A stretch of 64,000 bases of DNA from Myxococcota bacterium (GTDB taxonomy: Bacteria; Myxococcota_A; SURF-8): contig OZ223209.1 in assembly GCA_965140415.1 (NCBI GenBank), positions 96,001 through 160,000 on the forward strand, given 5' to 3'. The translations under genes and the position numbers were made by a program. The notes below the pieces were generated by a model. The model saw only the letters and a program-made list of their open reading frames with translations. It did not search any database and was not told the DNA's origin. Positions 28,337 to 36,894 of the stretch are shown here, piece after piece; the first letter of the stretch is position 1, and each line of letters begins with the position of its first letter.

Positions 28337-29362
28337 ATGAGCAAACATCTATTTCCGACCATCCGTTGCCCCTTGTGTCAGGACTGGGAAATTTGTCGTG
28401 CCTCGATCAAACAGGATCTGGTCGATACGCAACTCTGCTATCGCTACCGCCGTGAAATTCACCTGGGACGTGTTCAGGAACATTTCCAATTTTTGCGTGA
28501 AAGAGCCGAATTACCCAAGTATCCCTTTTGGGATATGGAAGACCGCCTGCTCGATCATCTCTCCGACGCCCAGAAAAAGTTTTCCTTTTTACTTGAATTT
28601 TCCTATTCAAGCCTTTTTGGACAACCCTCCTGCTATCGCTTTTCCTACGCCTTTCCCGAATTTGGTATGGGCCGGGTAGCCGAAGAAATGCGGGCCATGA
28701 TCGAGATGCTCCAGCCGTTCGGGCAAGCTCCATTGGCTATCTTGAAACAGCTCTTGGCTTTAGCGCAGCCAGGTGAGCTTTCACAACTTCTACTGGGAAT
28801 CGATGCAACCCATGACGCAACGCGCTTTAAGTTGTACTATCAGTTCGAACCCGGCATTCCACGGCCCAAGTTTACCTTGCTATTGAAGTTACTCCCCTCC
28901 GGGCTACCCAAACATGTCATTGAATCCCTGAATCGATTGCATCTGGTCGGTGTCGATTTCGGAGAGGGCGGCATTCAGCGCGTCAAGCTGTACTTTATGC
29001 ACGATCATCTGTCCGCCTCTCAAGTCCGAGATCGTTTTCAGGATAGTATTGTATTAATGAATCTGCTCAGTAACGGAAATCTGGAAGGTCTGAAGGACTT
29101 CTTGACTATCCAACGCATCGAACGTAGCAAGTGGGGAGATATCAAGCAGGTGCATGAAGTCGATTTTGGATTGATTCCAAATGAAATTACCGCAGAAGCG
29201 GTTGCAGCAGCAGCACAGGACGCCGGCTTTTCAAACACCTTACTTGAATTGCAAGCATTAACGGAAGGCCATCACATGGCGGTAAACCGGGTAAGCGTTC
29301 AGCCCTACGCCTCTTCGAAAGTCAATTTATACTATCTGATTTTGGATGCAGCGACACACTGA
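28337..29362 (+). CDS. LynF/TruF/PatF-like (ABBA-fold) prenyltransferase candidate with an N-terminal Cys motif
   Basis: Ordered motifs YP..., LEFS, RF, LLGID...FKLYY, LVGVDF...VKLYF and terminal VNLYY. N-terminus CPLCQDWEIC...C. Confidence 0.5.
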   Translation: MSKHLFPTIRCPLCQDWEICRASIKQDLVDTQLCYRYRREIHLGRVQEHFQFLRERAELPKYPFWDMEDRLLDHLSDAQKKFSFLLEFSYSSLFGQPSCYRFSYAFPEFGMGRVAEEMRAMIEMLQPFGQAPLAILKQLLALAQPGELSQLLLGIDATHDATRFKLYYQFEPGIPRPKFTLLLKLLPSGLPKHVIESLNRLHLVGVDFGEGGIQRVKLYFMHDHLSASQVRDRFQDSIVLMNLLSNGNLEGLKDFLTIQRIERSKWGDIKQVHEVDFGLIPNEITAEAVAAAAQDAGFSNTLLELQALTEGHHMAVNRVSVQPYASSKVNLYYLILDAATH

Positions 29363-29394
29363 GCAACTGTAAAGAAAACAAGAAAAGCGGAATC

Positions 29395-29916
29395 TCAGGT
29401 TTCCAGGTGATCGATCAGCCGTCCACTGGTTTGGCGCAACCGCTGGCTGATCATTTTTGAAATGCGAAACATCATCTTCAATCCGAATTTCGGATTATCA
29501 CTGGCGATATTGTAAACCGCATCTTCGGATAGCACGAGCAATACCGTATCCTGCGCCGCGATTACCGAAGCGGAACGCGGCTCGGAATCGATCATCGACA
29601 TCTCCCCGAAACTGCTGCCTGCTCCAAGAACGCCGATGACGCGCCCCTTCATATGCGAATCGCTTTTAATGATTTGCACTTTCCCCTTCAGCAGTATGCC
29701 CATATACGATTCGCGTGCACCTTCTCGTAAAATCAGTGTTTTCGCCGGAGCTTCGTAAGCGGTGCCATGTCGTGCAAGCAACTCCAGTTGTTTATATTCG
29801 AATTCATCCGCCCAACGAGTATTGAAGAGCAGGTCGCTCAATTGTTTGGTCGTCAATACAGAGCGCTCCAGTCCCGCCGGTTCTTGAGCGACCGATTGCT
29901 TTTTCTGGCCAGTCAT
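29395..29916 (-). CDS. Stand-alone cyclic nucleotide-binding domain protein
   Basis: REG...ILLKGKVQI, FGEMSMID.EPRSASV, C-helix ending RLRQTS, no HTH. ATG 29916 follows GAGG. Confidence 0.85.
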   Translation of the reverse strand: MTGQKKQSVAQEPAGLERSVLTTKQLSDLLFNTRWADEFEYKQLELLARHGTAYEAPAKTLILREGARESYMGILLKGKVQIIKSDSHMKGRVIGVLGAGSSFGEMSMIDSEPRSASVIAAQDTVLLVLSEDAVYNIASDNPKFGLKMMFRISKMISQRLRQTSGRLIDHLET

Positions 29917-30042
29917 CGTTTTCCTCGTCTTGCCATGCATGTCACAAATTTCAAATCGACATGCGTACTTCCAGTGTGGCTTGAATGTAGCACAGCCATC
30001 GATGAGGAACAAACGTTTTGCAGACCTGTCCTAATTAAAGGA

Positions 30043-30387
30043 CTATTCAAAACGTTGCAGATCGGCAAGACGCATGGGTTTTTCCGTGGTCTCGTTGTGC
30101 TGTACGTTGTCGTTTTGCATGATCGCTGCGGGAGCCAGTTGCGCCTGCCGATCGCGTTGCGTAATGTTTCCCCGGATAAACAGCAGCGTTCCGGCTAAGA
30201 TGGCCAGAAACAACACGAAGGTAATGCACAGGCGAGCGACCAGGTGAGGAATGACATCCCGTTCGGTGTCCAGATCATCGAAAGCGACGGGCTGGCAGGC
30301 GGCTTGATAGTCACTCACGGTCGGACCGTTCTGGAAAAACGTGATGGCGGCATCCACTGCCTGCATGTTCGTCAAGGTGCGTTGCAT
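30043..30387 (-). CDS. Small single-pass membrane protein of unknown function
   Basis: RBS AAGGAG, one hydrophobic segment (LCITFVLFLAILAGTLLFI). Confidence 0.55.
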   Translation of the reverse strand: MQRTLTNMQAVDAAITFFQNGPTVSDYQAACQPVAFDDLDTERDVIPHLVARLCITFVLFLAILAGTLLFIRGNITQRDRQAQLAPAAIMQNDNVQHNETTEKPMRLADLQRFE

Positions 30388-30681
30388 GTCGGATCTCCTT
30401 ATTCTCGATGTTGTTGAAACCAAAACTTCCTAAAACTTTACATCATTTATATTATACTAAACATAATATCATTAATATTTTCTAAAAACAAGACCAAAAA
30501 GAGTTTTTTTGTCCGATTATTGTTTCGAAGGGAAAACCGGGAAAACGACATAGCCTGAAGTAACCGTAGGCAGCTTGAAACAACACCTGACAGCATCGCC
30601 TTGAAAACTCCCCAACTCACCCGATAGTAAGGAAAGCGGTTTGAAGCACGATCGGGTAGGACGGTAAAGAAAGGCGAAACG

Positions 30682-31530
30682 ATGAACGAAGAATGGAACA
30701 CACTGATCCACATCAGCGATTGTCACAATGGCCAGCATGGCAGCGAAAAGAAAATCGACTTGTTATTACAGACAATCGCCAAACGTCACCCCGACGCCCT
30801 GGTCGTTCATACCGGGGATTGGACCGATAACGGATTCGCATCGGAATACGAGCAGGGGAATCGGCTGCTGGCACAGAACGGCTTTTCATTGTGGATGAAA
30901 AAAGCGCGGTCAGAAAGCGGGCGGTTGCAGTTTGTAAACGTCCCCGGCAACCACGATGTCGGACGTTGGGGAAACTTTTTCGATGCGGCCTGCCGATCCC
31001 GGTTCGTGTCGCGTTTCGCAAAAAATCTGCACTATCCACTTGTTCTTCACAAATGTTGGTTGCCTTTCGATCTGGATCTGATCCTGTTGGATTCCGCCGA
31101 CCGGCAGGACAACGAATGGTTTGCGCGCGGGAAAATCGGGAAACTGCAACTGGACCTGCTGGACCGACATCTTGCCCGCCTCCGTCAACGGCTGCGAGTG
31201 GTCGCCCTGCATCATCATCCTTTCGAACATGGCTACTTCATGGAATTGCAAGATGCCGAACGCCTGGCTTCGGTGTTACGCGGACGTATCGATTTACTGC
31301 TGTTCGGCCATAAACACCAGGCCGCATTCTGGCGCGACCGGCTGGAGCTGCCCGCCGTTTCCGCCGCGCCGAAAAGCCCCGATGCGGGTGGCTATCGCGT
31401 GTTCCATTGGGACGAATCGCGCCGTTTGCACAGTCGATGGATTCTTTTAACTCCATTACAGGAAACACAAACCGGCTTTTCGAATCGGAAAAAGCATCAA
31501 ACGTTTGCAAGTAATGTTGACAGGCTTTAA
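30682..31530 (+). CDS. Calcineurin-like metallophosphoesterase (CpdA/Icc-like)
   Basis: HISDCH, TGD, GNHD, HHHP, GHKH. Confidence 0.88.
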   Translation: MNEEWNTLIHISDCHNGQHGSEKKIDLLLQTIAKRHPDALVVHTGDWTDNGFASEYEQGNRLLAQNGFSLWMKKARSESGRLQFVNVPGNHDVGRWGNFFDAACRSRFVSRFAKNLHYPLVLHKCWLPFDLDLILLDSADRQDNEWFARGKIGKLQLDLLDRHLARLRQRLRVVALHHHPFEHGYFMELQDAERLASVLRGRIDLLLFGHKHQAAFWRDRLELPAVSAAPKSPDAGGYRVFHWDESRRLHSRWILLTPLQETQTGFSNRKKHQTFASNVDRL

Positions 31531-31652
31531 GACTCCCGTTACATTATTGCCACATCGGATAGGAAAAAATCGTAGCGAAATAGCAGCATTTCACGAATTA
31601 GATTCCATAAGGGAAATTCGGAGTACGATTCTGTAAACAAGGGGAGGAACGG

Positions 31653-34097
31653 ATGAAGCATACCTTAGTGATTTTCCTGTTTGTTCTGTTTCTGTTTGTG
31701 ACCGGTTGTAGCTCCAATTCCGACAACGACCCGGTCGATGGCGACCAGGTTGACGGTGATCAAACCGACGGTGATCAAACTGACGGTGATCAGACTGACG
31801 GCGACCAAACCGATGGCGACCAAGTCGATGGTGATCAAGCCGACGGTGATCAAACTGACGGTGATCAAACGGATGGCGACCAAGTCGACGGCGACCAGAC
31901 TGACGGCGACCAAGTCGATGGTGATCAAACGGATGGTGACCAGACAGACGGCGACCAAGTCGATGGTGACCAGGTTGATGGTGATCAAGTGGATGGTGAC
32001 CAAGTGGATGGCGACGCCGATCCCGAAATCGATGCTGATCCCGATTTCAATGTAGACGGCGATTACCACGAAATCGAATGGAATGAACTGCCGCTGTGCG
32101 ACTGCTTTACAACCGACGACTGCTGCGACGGTTGCTGGCCGATCAACGAAGGCGGTTCCTGCAACGACGGAAACCCGGATACGGAAGCCGACACCTGTTC
32201 CGCAGGATTGTGTACCGGTTGCGATCCCGCCATCGGCGAGGTCAACCACGTCGCCGAAGCAGGTGGCTCTCCGATGGGTCTGGCCTTATCCGGCAACTTG
32301 ATGTACGGCTCGACCTGGCTGGGTACCGGCGGCTTTATCGCCAATATCGCCAATGTGGAACACCCCTATCTGGTATCCTCTCTGAAACCGGATCCGATTT
32401 CTACAACCAGCTTTAATGGTTCGGGAATCAAGGTTTACGATAATCGAGCTTACCTGATGGGCAGTTACAACGGCATTTACATTTTCGACGTCAGCGATCC
32501 GACCGCTCCCGTGCAGACCAGCCGCTTGCGGCGCTCCATCGAAGGCAGCGGCTACGTGCCCTATCACGATGTGATTAAGGTTGGAGACATTCACTATTTC
32601 GCCTCTGCACAGGAATGTATCGATATCTGGGACATCGACGATGAGGGCAATGCAGAACATCTCGTTCAGTTCACAAACGACGAAGCGAATCCGTATTGCT
32701 CCGTAACGCGCCTGATGCTGGAAAACAACAAGCTGTATGCGGCGGCAGGAAATCTCGGTTTCCTCATTGTGGATGTCAGCGATCCGGAGACACCAACGAA
32801 GCTGGATGCTTACACGCAGCCGGTACCGGATGAAAACTTTGAATATTACGACGCCAATGGGTTCGACAAAATTGGCGACACCGTTTTTGTAACGTATGAC
32901 GAGCTGGGTTTACTGGCCCTGAACGTTGCCGATCCCTCCAACATCACCGAATTGGGCCGCCTGGCGCTTACCGGTTATGGCCAGCAGGTCAAAATCGTCG
33001 GTACAACGGCATTCGTAGCCATCCGCGACATTCAGACCGTCGGCAAGATCCGCATCGTGGATATTTCCGATCCCGCCAACATGTCGATACAGGCCACCAT
33101 CGTGTTACAAGATCAACCGAAGGATCTGTGGATCAGAAACAATCGCCTATTCGTTGCCGATACCCAGGCGGGTGTGAAAATTTACAACATCGAAACGCTC
33201 ACTGCACCGGTTCAGCTCGGCATGTTCTCCATACCCAACCACAGTAACGCCATCGCGGCAGCCGCCAAAGACAAAGTATACGTGGGCGGCGTCAACAACT
33301 GGATCTGGGGCATGGACCTGTCCAATCCGGCACGCGCCACAACCTTTGCCGCGTATTTAACCAACGGTGATATCGCCGACATCATAACCCTGGGTAACCA
33401 TTTATATGTCGGTACTTCCGGCGGCATTAACGTCTTACAAGCCAGCGCTCAGGCGATTACCAGCGTGCAGAACGTCGGATTGGGCGACAATATCGAGCGC
33501 ATGCAGTTGCAATTCCCGTACCTGTACGTTGCGGTTGCCAACGCCGGTTTCGCGATTTTGGAATTCATGAACGACAGCGTGGTTCCTACACTACGCGCCA
33601 GTGAAGATCTGGGCAACGTTCGCATCGAATCGGTTGCCGTAGCCAACGACGTTCTATTCGCTTGCAGTACCTCCGGCAGTGCAATTCAGGCTTATGACAT
33701 CAGCGATCTAAGCGACCTGCAAAGTGTGGGATCACTCTGGTATAGCTGCCGAGATCTGGCAACGGTCGCCGGTCAGGATATTCTCTATATCGCGGAGGGG
33801 GTTTCAGGCTTGCGGGTGCTGGATGTCAGTGATGCATCTTCTCCCGTGGCGGGCTTATTGGATAGCGGCATCACCGCCGAACGCCTGACGATTTCCGGTG
33901 GCCGTTTGTACGTCTCCGGTGGTAGCGATGTGGTGATCTACGATATTTCCGAAACTCCTTTGAACCCGACGAAACTGGATACGATTCCCATGGGCGTTGC
34001 CAGCGTCTACGATTTCGCGCAGTACGGCAACCACGGTTTTGTCGCTTGCGGTTCGGACGGACTCAAAGAAGTCAACCTGAACGTCTGTTACGAATAA
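31653..34097 (+). CDS. LVIVD-repeat (beta-propeller) lipoprotein with a DGDQ(T/V) tract
   Basis: Lipobox VTGC, RBS GGGGAGG, many 'lYva.g..Gl.ivDvSdP..P' repeats. Confidence 0.85.
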   Translation: MKHTLVIFLFVLFLFVTGCSSNSDNDPVDGDQVDGDQTDGDQTDGDQTDGDQTDGDQVDGDQADGDQTDGDQTDGDQVDGDQTDGDQVDGDQTDGDQTDGDQVDGDQVDGDQVDGDQVDGDADPEIDADPDFNVDGDYHEIEWNELPLCDCFTTDDCCDGCWPINEGGSCNDGNPDTEADTCSAGLCTGCDPAIGEVNHVAEAGGSPMGLALSGNLMYGSTWLGTGGFIANIANVEHPYLVSSLKPDPISTTSFNGSGIKVYDNRAYLMGSYNGIYIFDVSDPTAPVQTSRLRRSIEGSGYVPYHDVIKVGDIHYFASAQECIDIWDIDDEGNAEHLVQFTNDEANPYCSVTRLMLENNKLYAAAGNLGFLIVDVSDPETPTKLDAYTQPVPDENFEYYDANGFDKIGDTVFVTYDELGLLALNVADPSNITELGRLALTGYGQQVKIVGTTAFVAIRDIQTVGKIRIVDISDPANMSIQATIVLQDQPKDLWIRNNRLFVADTQAGVKIYNIETLTAPVQLGMFSIPNHSNAIAAAAKDKVYVGGVNNWIWGMDLSNPARATTFAAYLTNGDIADIITLGNHLYVGTSGGINVLQASAQAITSVQNVGLGDNIERMQLQFPYLYVAVANAGFAILEFMNDSVVPTLRASEDLGNVRIESVAVANDVLFACSTSGSAIQAYDISDLSDLQSVGSLWYSCRDLATVAGQDILYIAEGVSGLRVLDVSDASSPVAGLLDSGITAERLTISGGRLYVSGGSDVVIYDISETPLNPTKLDTIPMGVASVYDFAQYGNHGFVACGSDGLKEVNLNVCYE
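31737..32015 (+). repeat. 15-bp-period coding tandem repeat (18 x DGDQ[T/V/A] + DGD)
   Basis: GAYGGYGAYCAR units with extensive synonymous variation. Confidence 0.9.
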
Positions 34098-34126
34098 CCG
34101 AACTTTTTGGTTCTTGTGTGATTTCC

Positions 34127-34156
34127 GATAGAGCAGGGCTTTTGTCCTGCTCTATC
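34127..34156. terminator. Hairpin after the LVIVD gene
   Basis: GATAGAGCAGGGC-TTTT-GTCCTGCTCTATC. Confidence 0.55.
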
Positions 34157-34295
34157 ATGTTTATGATAGTGAAACAAGAAAGATTGAAGTCTTATAGGAG
34201 CTGCTATCCACCAAAAGAGTTGCTCATTTTCTCTCTTGGCAGTAGCATAGCCTCAGAAGAAAAATGGATGTGGCTGGATATTAAAAGGGGCTGTT

Positions 34296-35546
34296 GTGGT
34301 CGAAGTCGCAAAAAATGTGGAACAGAAGAAAGATGACTTCCAGGCCGAAGCGGTGGATCTGTTCGCCTCGGTCGGTCTGATGCTGGATCTGGAACACAAC
34401 CTGCAACTCTATCACTCCTGGCGTGTGGCGGCGGTCGGCTATCATCTGGCCAATCGTGTTTCTTCCTTCGAAGCTCCCCTGATTTTCCTGGCCGGTCTGC
34501 TTGCAGATTGCGGAGCGGTTCATTTTCCCCGGCACATCGTCCACGAACTGAACGATTATCCCGCGGTCATCGGGCAGAAATCGCTGACTCATCTGTTTTT
34601 TCACCCGGTTGTAGGAAAAGAAGCCTTACGCCATCTTCCCGGTATGCGGCATGTCGCCGATCTCGTCTACTCGCATCACGAGCATATCAACGGCAGCGGA
34701 TATCCGCGCGGACTGTCAGGCGATCAAATTCCCATGGGCGCTCAGATTCTGCGACTGGCGGATCAGTTCGACCTGGTTGTTCGCTCCGATCAGCCGGAGA
34801 ACGTTTCGGAAGTCATTCAGAGCCTGCAACCCTTCGGCGAAGAGGAATTCTCCTCGAACCTGCTTAACGTACTTAAGGATTTGCTGAACGGCGAGCTGAG
34901 TTATGAACGGATGCTGCTGCCTGAGAAGATCGGTCAAGAGGTTCACCGGATCTGCCATTCGCTCAAAGGGCTGCAACTCTTCTCCGGCTATGAAGACTGG
35001 GACTGCGCTTTCGAAGCCATCGGGCGTATGATCGATCGTCGCAATGAATTGTACACGCGCGGTCATTCTCGCGAAGTCGCTCTGCTTGCCGAACGCATTG
35101 CACAACCTTTAAGGCTGGATGATTCCACCCTCCGGACGCTACGCTGGTCGGCTTACTTGCAGAATATGGGGGAAGTGTCGCTGCGCAGTGTGCTGCTTGA
35201 AAAAAAGGAACCGCTAAACGAACAGGAAAAGCGCTGGATTCGCTACCATCCCGTCGTCGGGCACGATCTGATCAGCCGAGTGGTCGGTATGAAACACATC
35301 GCAACCGTCGTGCGCCACCATCATGAAAACTTCGATGGCTCCGGCTATCCGGAAGGTTTGAACGGAGAAAAGATTCCGCTCGCGTCGCGTATTCTGCGAG
35401 TGGCGGACACCTTCACCGCCATGACCTCCGAGCGTCCCTATCATCGCAAGCGGGAGTGGAAAACCGCCTTGAAGGAATTGCGCAAGCAATCCGGTAGACT
35501 TTTCGATCCGCAAATCGTCGAAGCCGCTTTAAGCGTCCTGTCCTAG
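34296..35546 (+). CDS. Tandem HD-GYP domain protein (both HD motifs degenerate)
   Basis: Two HHE..(N/D)GSGYP motifs. The HD positions read AD (LLADCG) and QN (YLQNMG). Confidence 0.85.
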   Translation: MVEVAKNVEQKKDDFQAEAVDLFASVGLMLDLEHNLQLYHSWRVAAVGYHLANRVSSFEAPLIFLAGLLADCGAVHFPRHIVHELNDYPAVIGQKSLTHLFFHPVVGKEALRHLPGMRHVADLVYSHHEHINGSGYPRGLSGDQIPMGAQILRLADQFDLVVRSDQPENVSEVIQSLQPFGEEEFSSNLLNVLKDLLNGELSYERMLLPEKIGQEVHRICHSLKGLQLFSGYEDWDCAFEAIGRMIDRRNELYTRGHSREVALLAERIAQPLRLDDSTLRTLRWSAYLQNMGEVSLRSVLLEKKEPLNEQEKRWIRYHPVVGHDLISRVVGMKHIATVVRHHHENFDGSGYPEGLNGEKIPLASRILRVADTFTAMTSERPYHRKREWKTALKELRKQSGRLFDPQIVEAALSVLS

Positions 35547-35576
35547 GAATCTTCTTTTTCCAATGTTACCCTGGAT

Positions 35577-35633
35577 CGATCGGGATTGCATCCCGGTCGT
35601 AACGTTTCATCAGGATACAATCCTGATCCATCG
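35577..35633. repeat. REP-like palindromic doublet (single copy)
   Basis: CGATCGGGATTGCATCCCGGTCG and an inverted related unit ATCAGGATACAATCCTGAT. Confidence 0.45.
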
Positions 35634-35651
35634 TGTGGATATTGCTATACC

Positions 35652-35790
35652 GGTTCTGAATCAATTTTAGCGATTCGTTCTATTGATTTCCCGTAGCGGC
35701 GGAGCGTAAGCCCGCCGTTATTATTCGAGTTACTCGGCGGGTTTACGCCTCGCCGCTACAAGAAGACATTGCTAATAATGAATATTGATA
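35652..35790. repeat. TIR-framed GTAG-type REP doublet, family A copy 2
   Basis: GTAG(35693)...CTAC(35759) doublet. Outer repeat GGTTCTGAATCAATTTTAGCGAT at 35652-35674 and a degenerate partner at 35768-35790. Confidence 0.75.
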
Positions 35791-35802
35791 AAGAAATGTG
35801 TT

Positions 35803-36879
35803 TTACACCTGGTCGAGGCGCTGTTGGACCTGCTCCAGCCTGGCTTGAATGACCGCCTCGCCCGGCTGCATGGATAGAGCCAGGGTCAAGTTCATTTTCG
35901 CGCTCTTCAAATCGCCCTGATTCAGGGCATTGACACCCAGCTTGAAGAATTTCTTGGCTTGCGGGTTTTTGATTGCCGACTCTTCCAGCTTGGGACCATC
36001 CTGTGTGCGCTGCTTTTGCAGCAGGCGCATCCCCTCACCGGAACGCAACTGTTCATCGTAAGCCGAACGCTTTTCCGGATCGCACAACACCTGGTAGCCT
36101 TCGCTCATGCGCTTGAACAGGCTGGCCGCCCGTTCTTTGAGCGTACCGTTTTTCGCCAGAACGAAACGGTCCGGATGATACAAGCGGGCCAGGGCGAAAT
36201 AGCTTTTCTTGATCGCTCCCAGTTTGGCTTCGGGATCGATATCGAGCAGATCATAATAAGTCAGATTTTCCAAGTCGTGAGTGCGATCCAGGATAAACGC
36301 AATCCCCTGCTCGCCTACAATACCCAGATCATCCTCTTCAAGGGTTCCCAGTTGTTGCTGAACGACGGCGGCATCGTATACCGGCGCACTCTTCTTCGGG
36401 GGGTCAGGTTTTACCTCCGCTTTTTCGACAACCGGTGTTTCCGGAGGTGCGGAAACGACCTCGGGTTGCTGCCCTGCCTGTTTTTTCTCTCGCTGCTGCT
36501 GAATCAACTCATCCACCAGCGTTTTCACTTTGACAATCAGTCGTTGTGGCGTTAACGGCAGTTGCGCCAGATCGTCCGCACCCATACGCTGTGCGGTGTC
36601 GCGTCCCAGCAACTCTTCATCCAGATCTTCGCCCAACAGCAGAATTTTCGCCGCCTGACCAGCCACATCGCTGCGCAGTTTCCGGCATAAATCGCTGCCG
36701 TACCCATCCGGCAGTTGTGCGCAAACGAGGATAATCAACGGTTTTGGTTTGGCTTGGGAAAACGCCTGAAGGGCTGTTTGCACACCATCGGCAAACGTAA
36801 GAGAAAAAGCCCTGGACATTGCCTGGGTCACCAACGCCTGTCGCTGTGCATCCGGATCCACAACCAGAGTGGGAATCAC
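35803..36879 (-). CDS. Pseudo-receiver + J-domain + TPR-like protein
   Basis: REC-like N-terminus, J-domain 'YYDLLDI...IKKSYFALARLYHPDRF...EGYQVL.DPEKR..YD', helical C-terminus. Confidence 0.85.
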   Translation of the reverse strand: MIPTLVVDPDAQRQALVTQAMSRAFSLTFADGVQTALQAFSQAKPKPLIILVCAQLPDGYGSDLCRKLRSDVAGQAAKILLLGEDLDEELLGRDTAQRMGADDLAQLPLTPQRLIVKVKTLVDELIQQQREKKQAGQQPEVVSAPPETPVVEKAEVKPDPPKKSAPVYDAAVVQQQLGTLEEDDLGIVGEQGIAFILDRTHDLENLTYYDLLDIDPEAKLGAIKKSYFALARLYHPDRFVLAKNGTLKERAASLFKRMSEGYQVLCDPEKRSAYDEQLRSGEGMRLLQKQRTQDGPKLEESAIKNPQAKKFFKLGVNALNQGDLKSAKMNLTLALSMQPGEAVIQARLEQVQQRLDQV

Positions 36880-36894
36880 AAATCTACCCCTTTA

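Noticed and set aside
30043-30387. Small TM protein as the anti-sigma factor of the ECF
   Set aside because: Not adjacent to the ECF gene and no zinc-binding HxxxCxxC motif; no supporting evidence.
31737-32015. Possible CRISPR array or DNA-level VNTR
   Set aside because: 15-bp units with no spacers, in frame within a CDS and synonymously diverged; no cas genes in the window.
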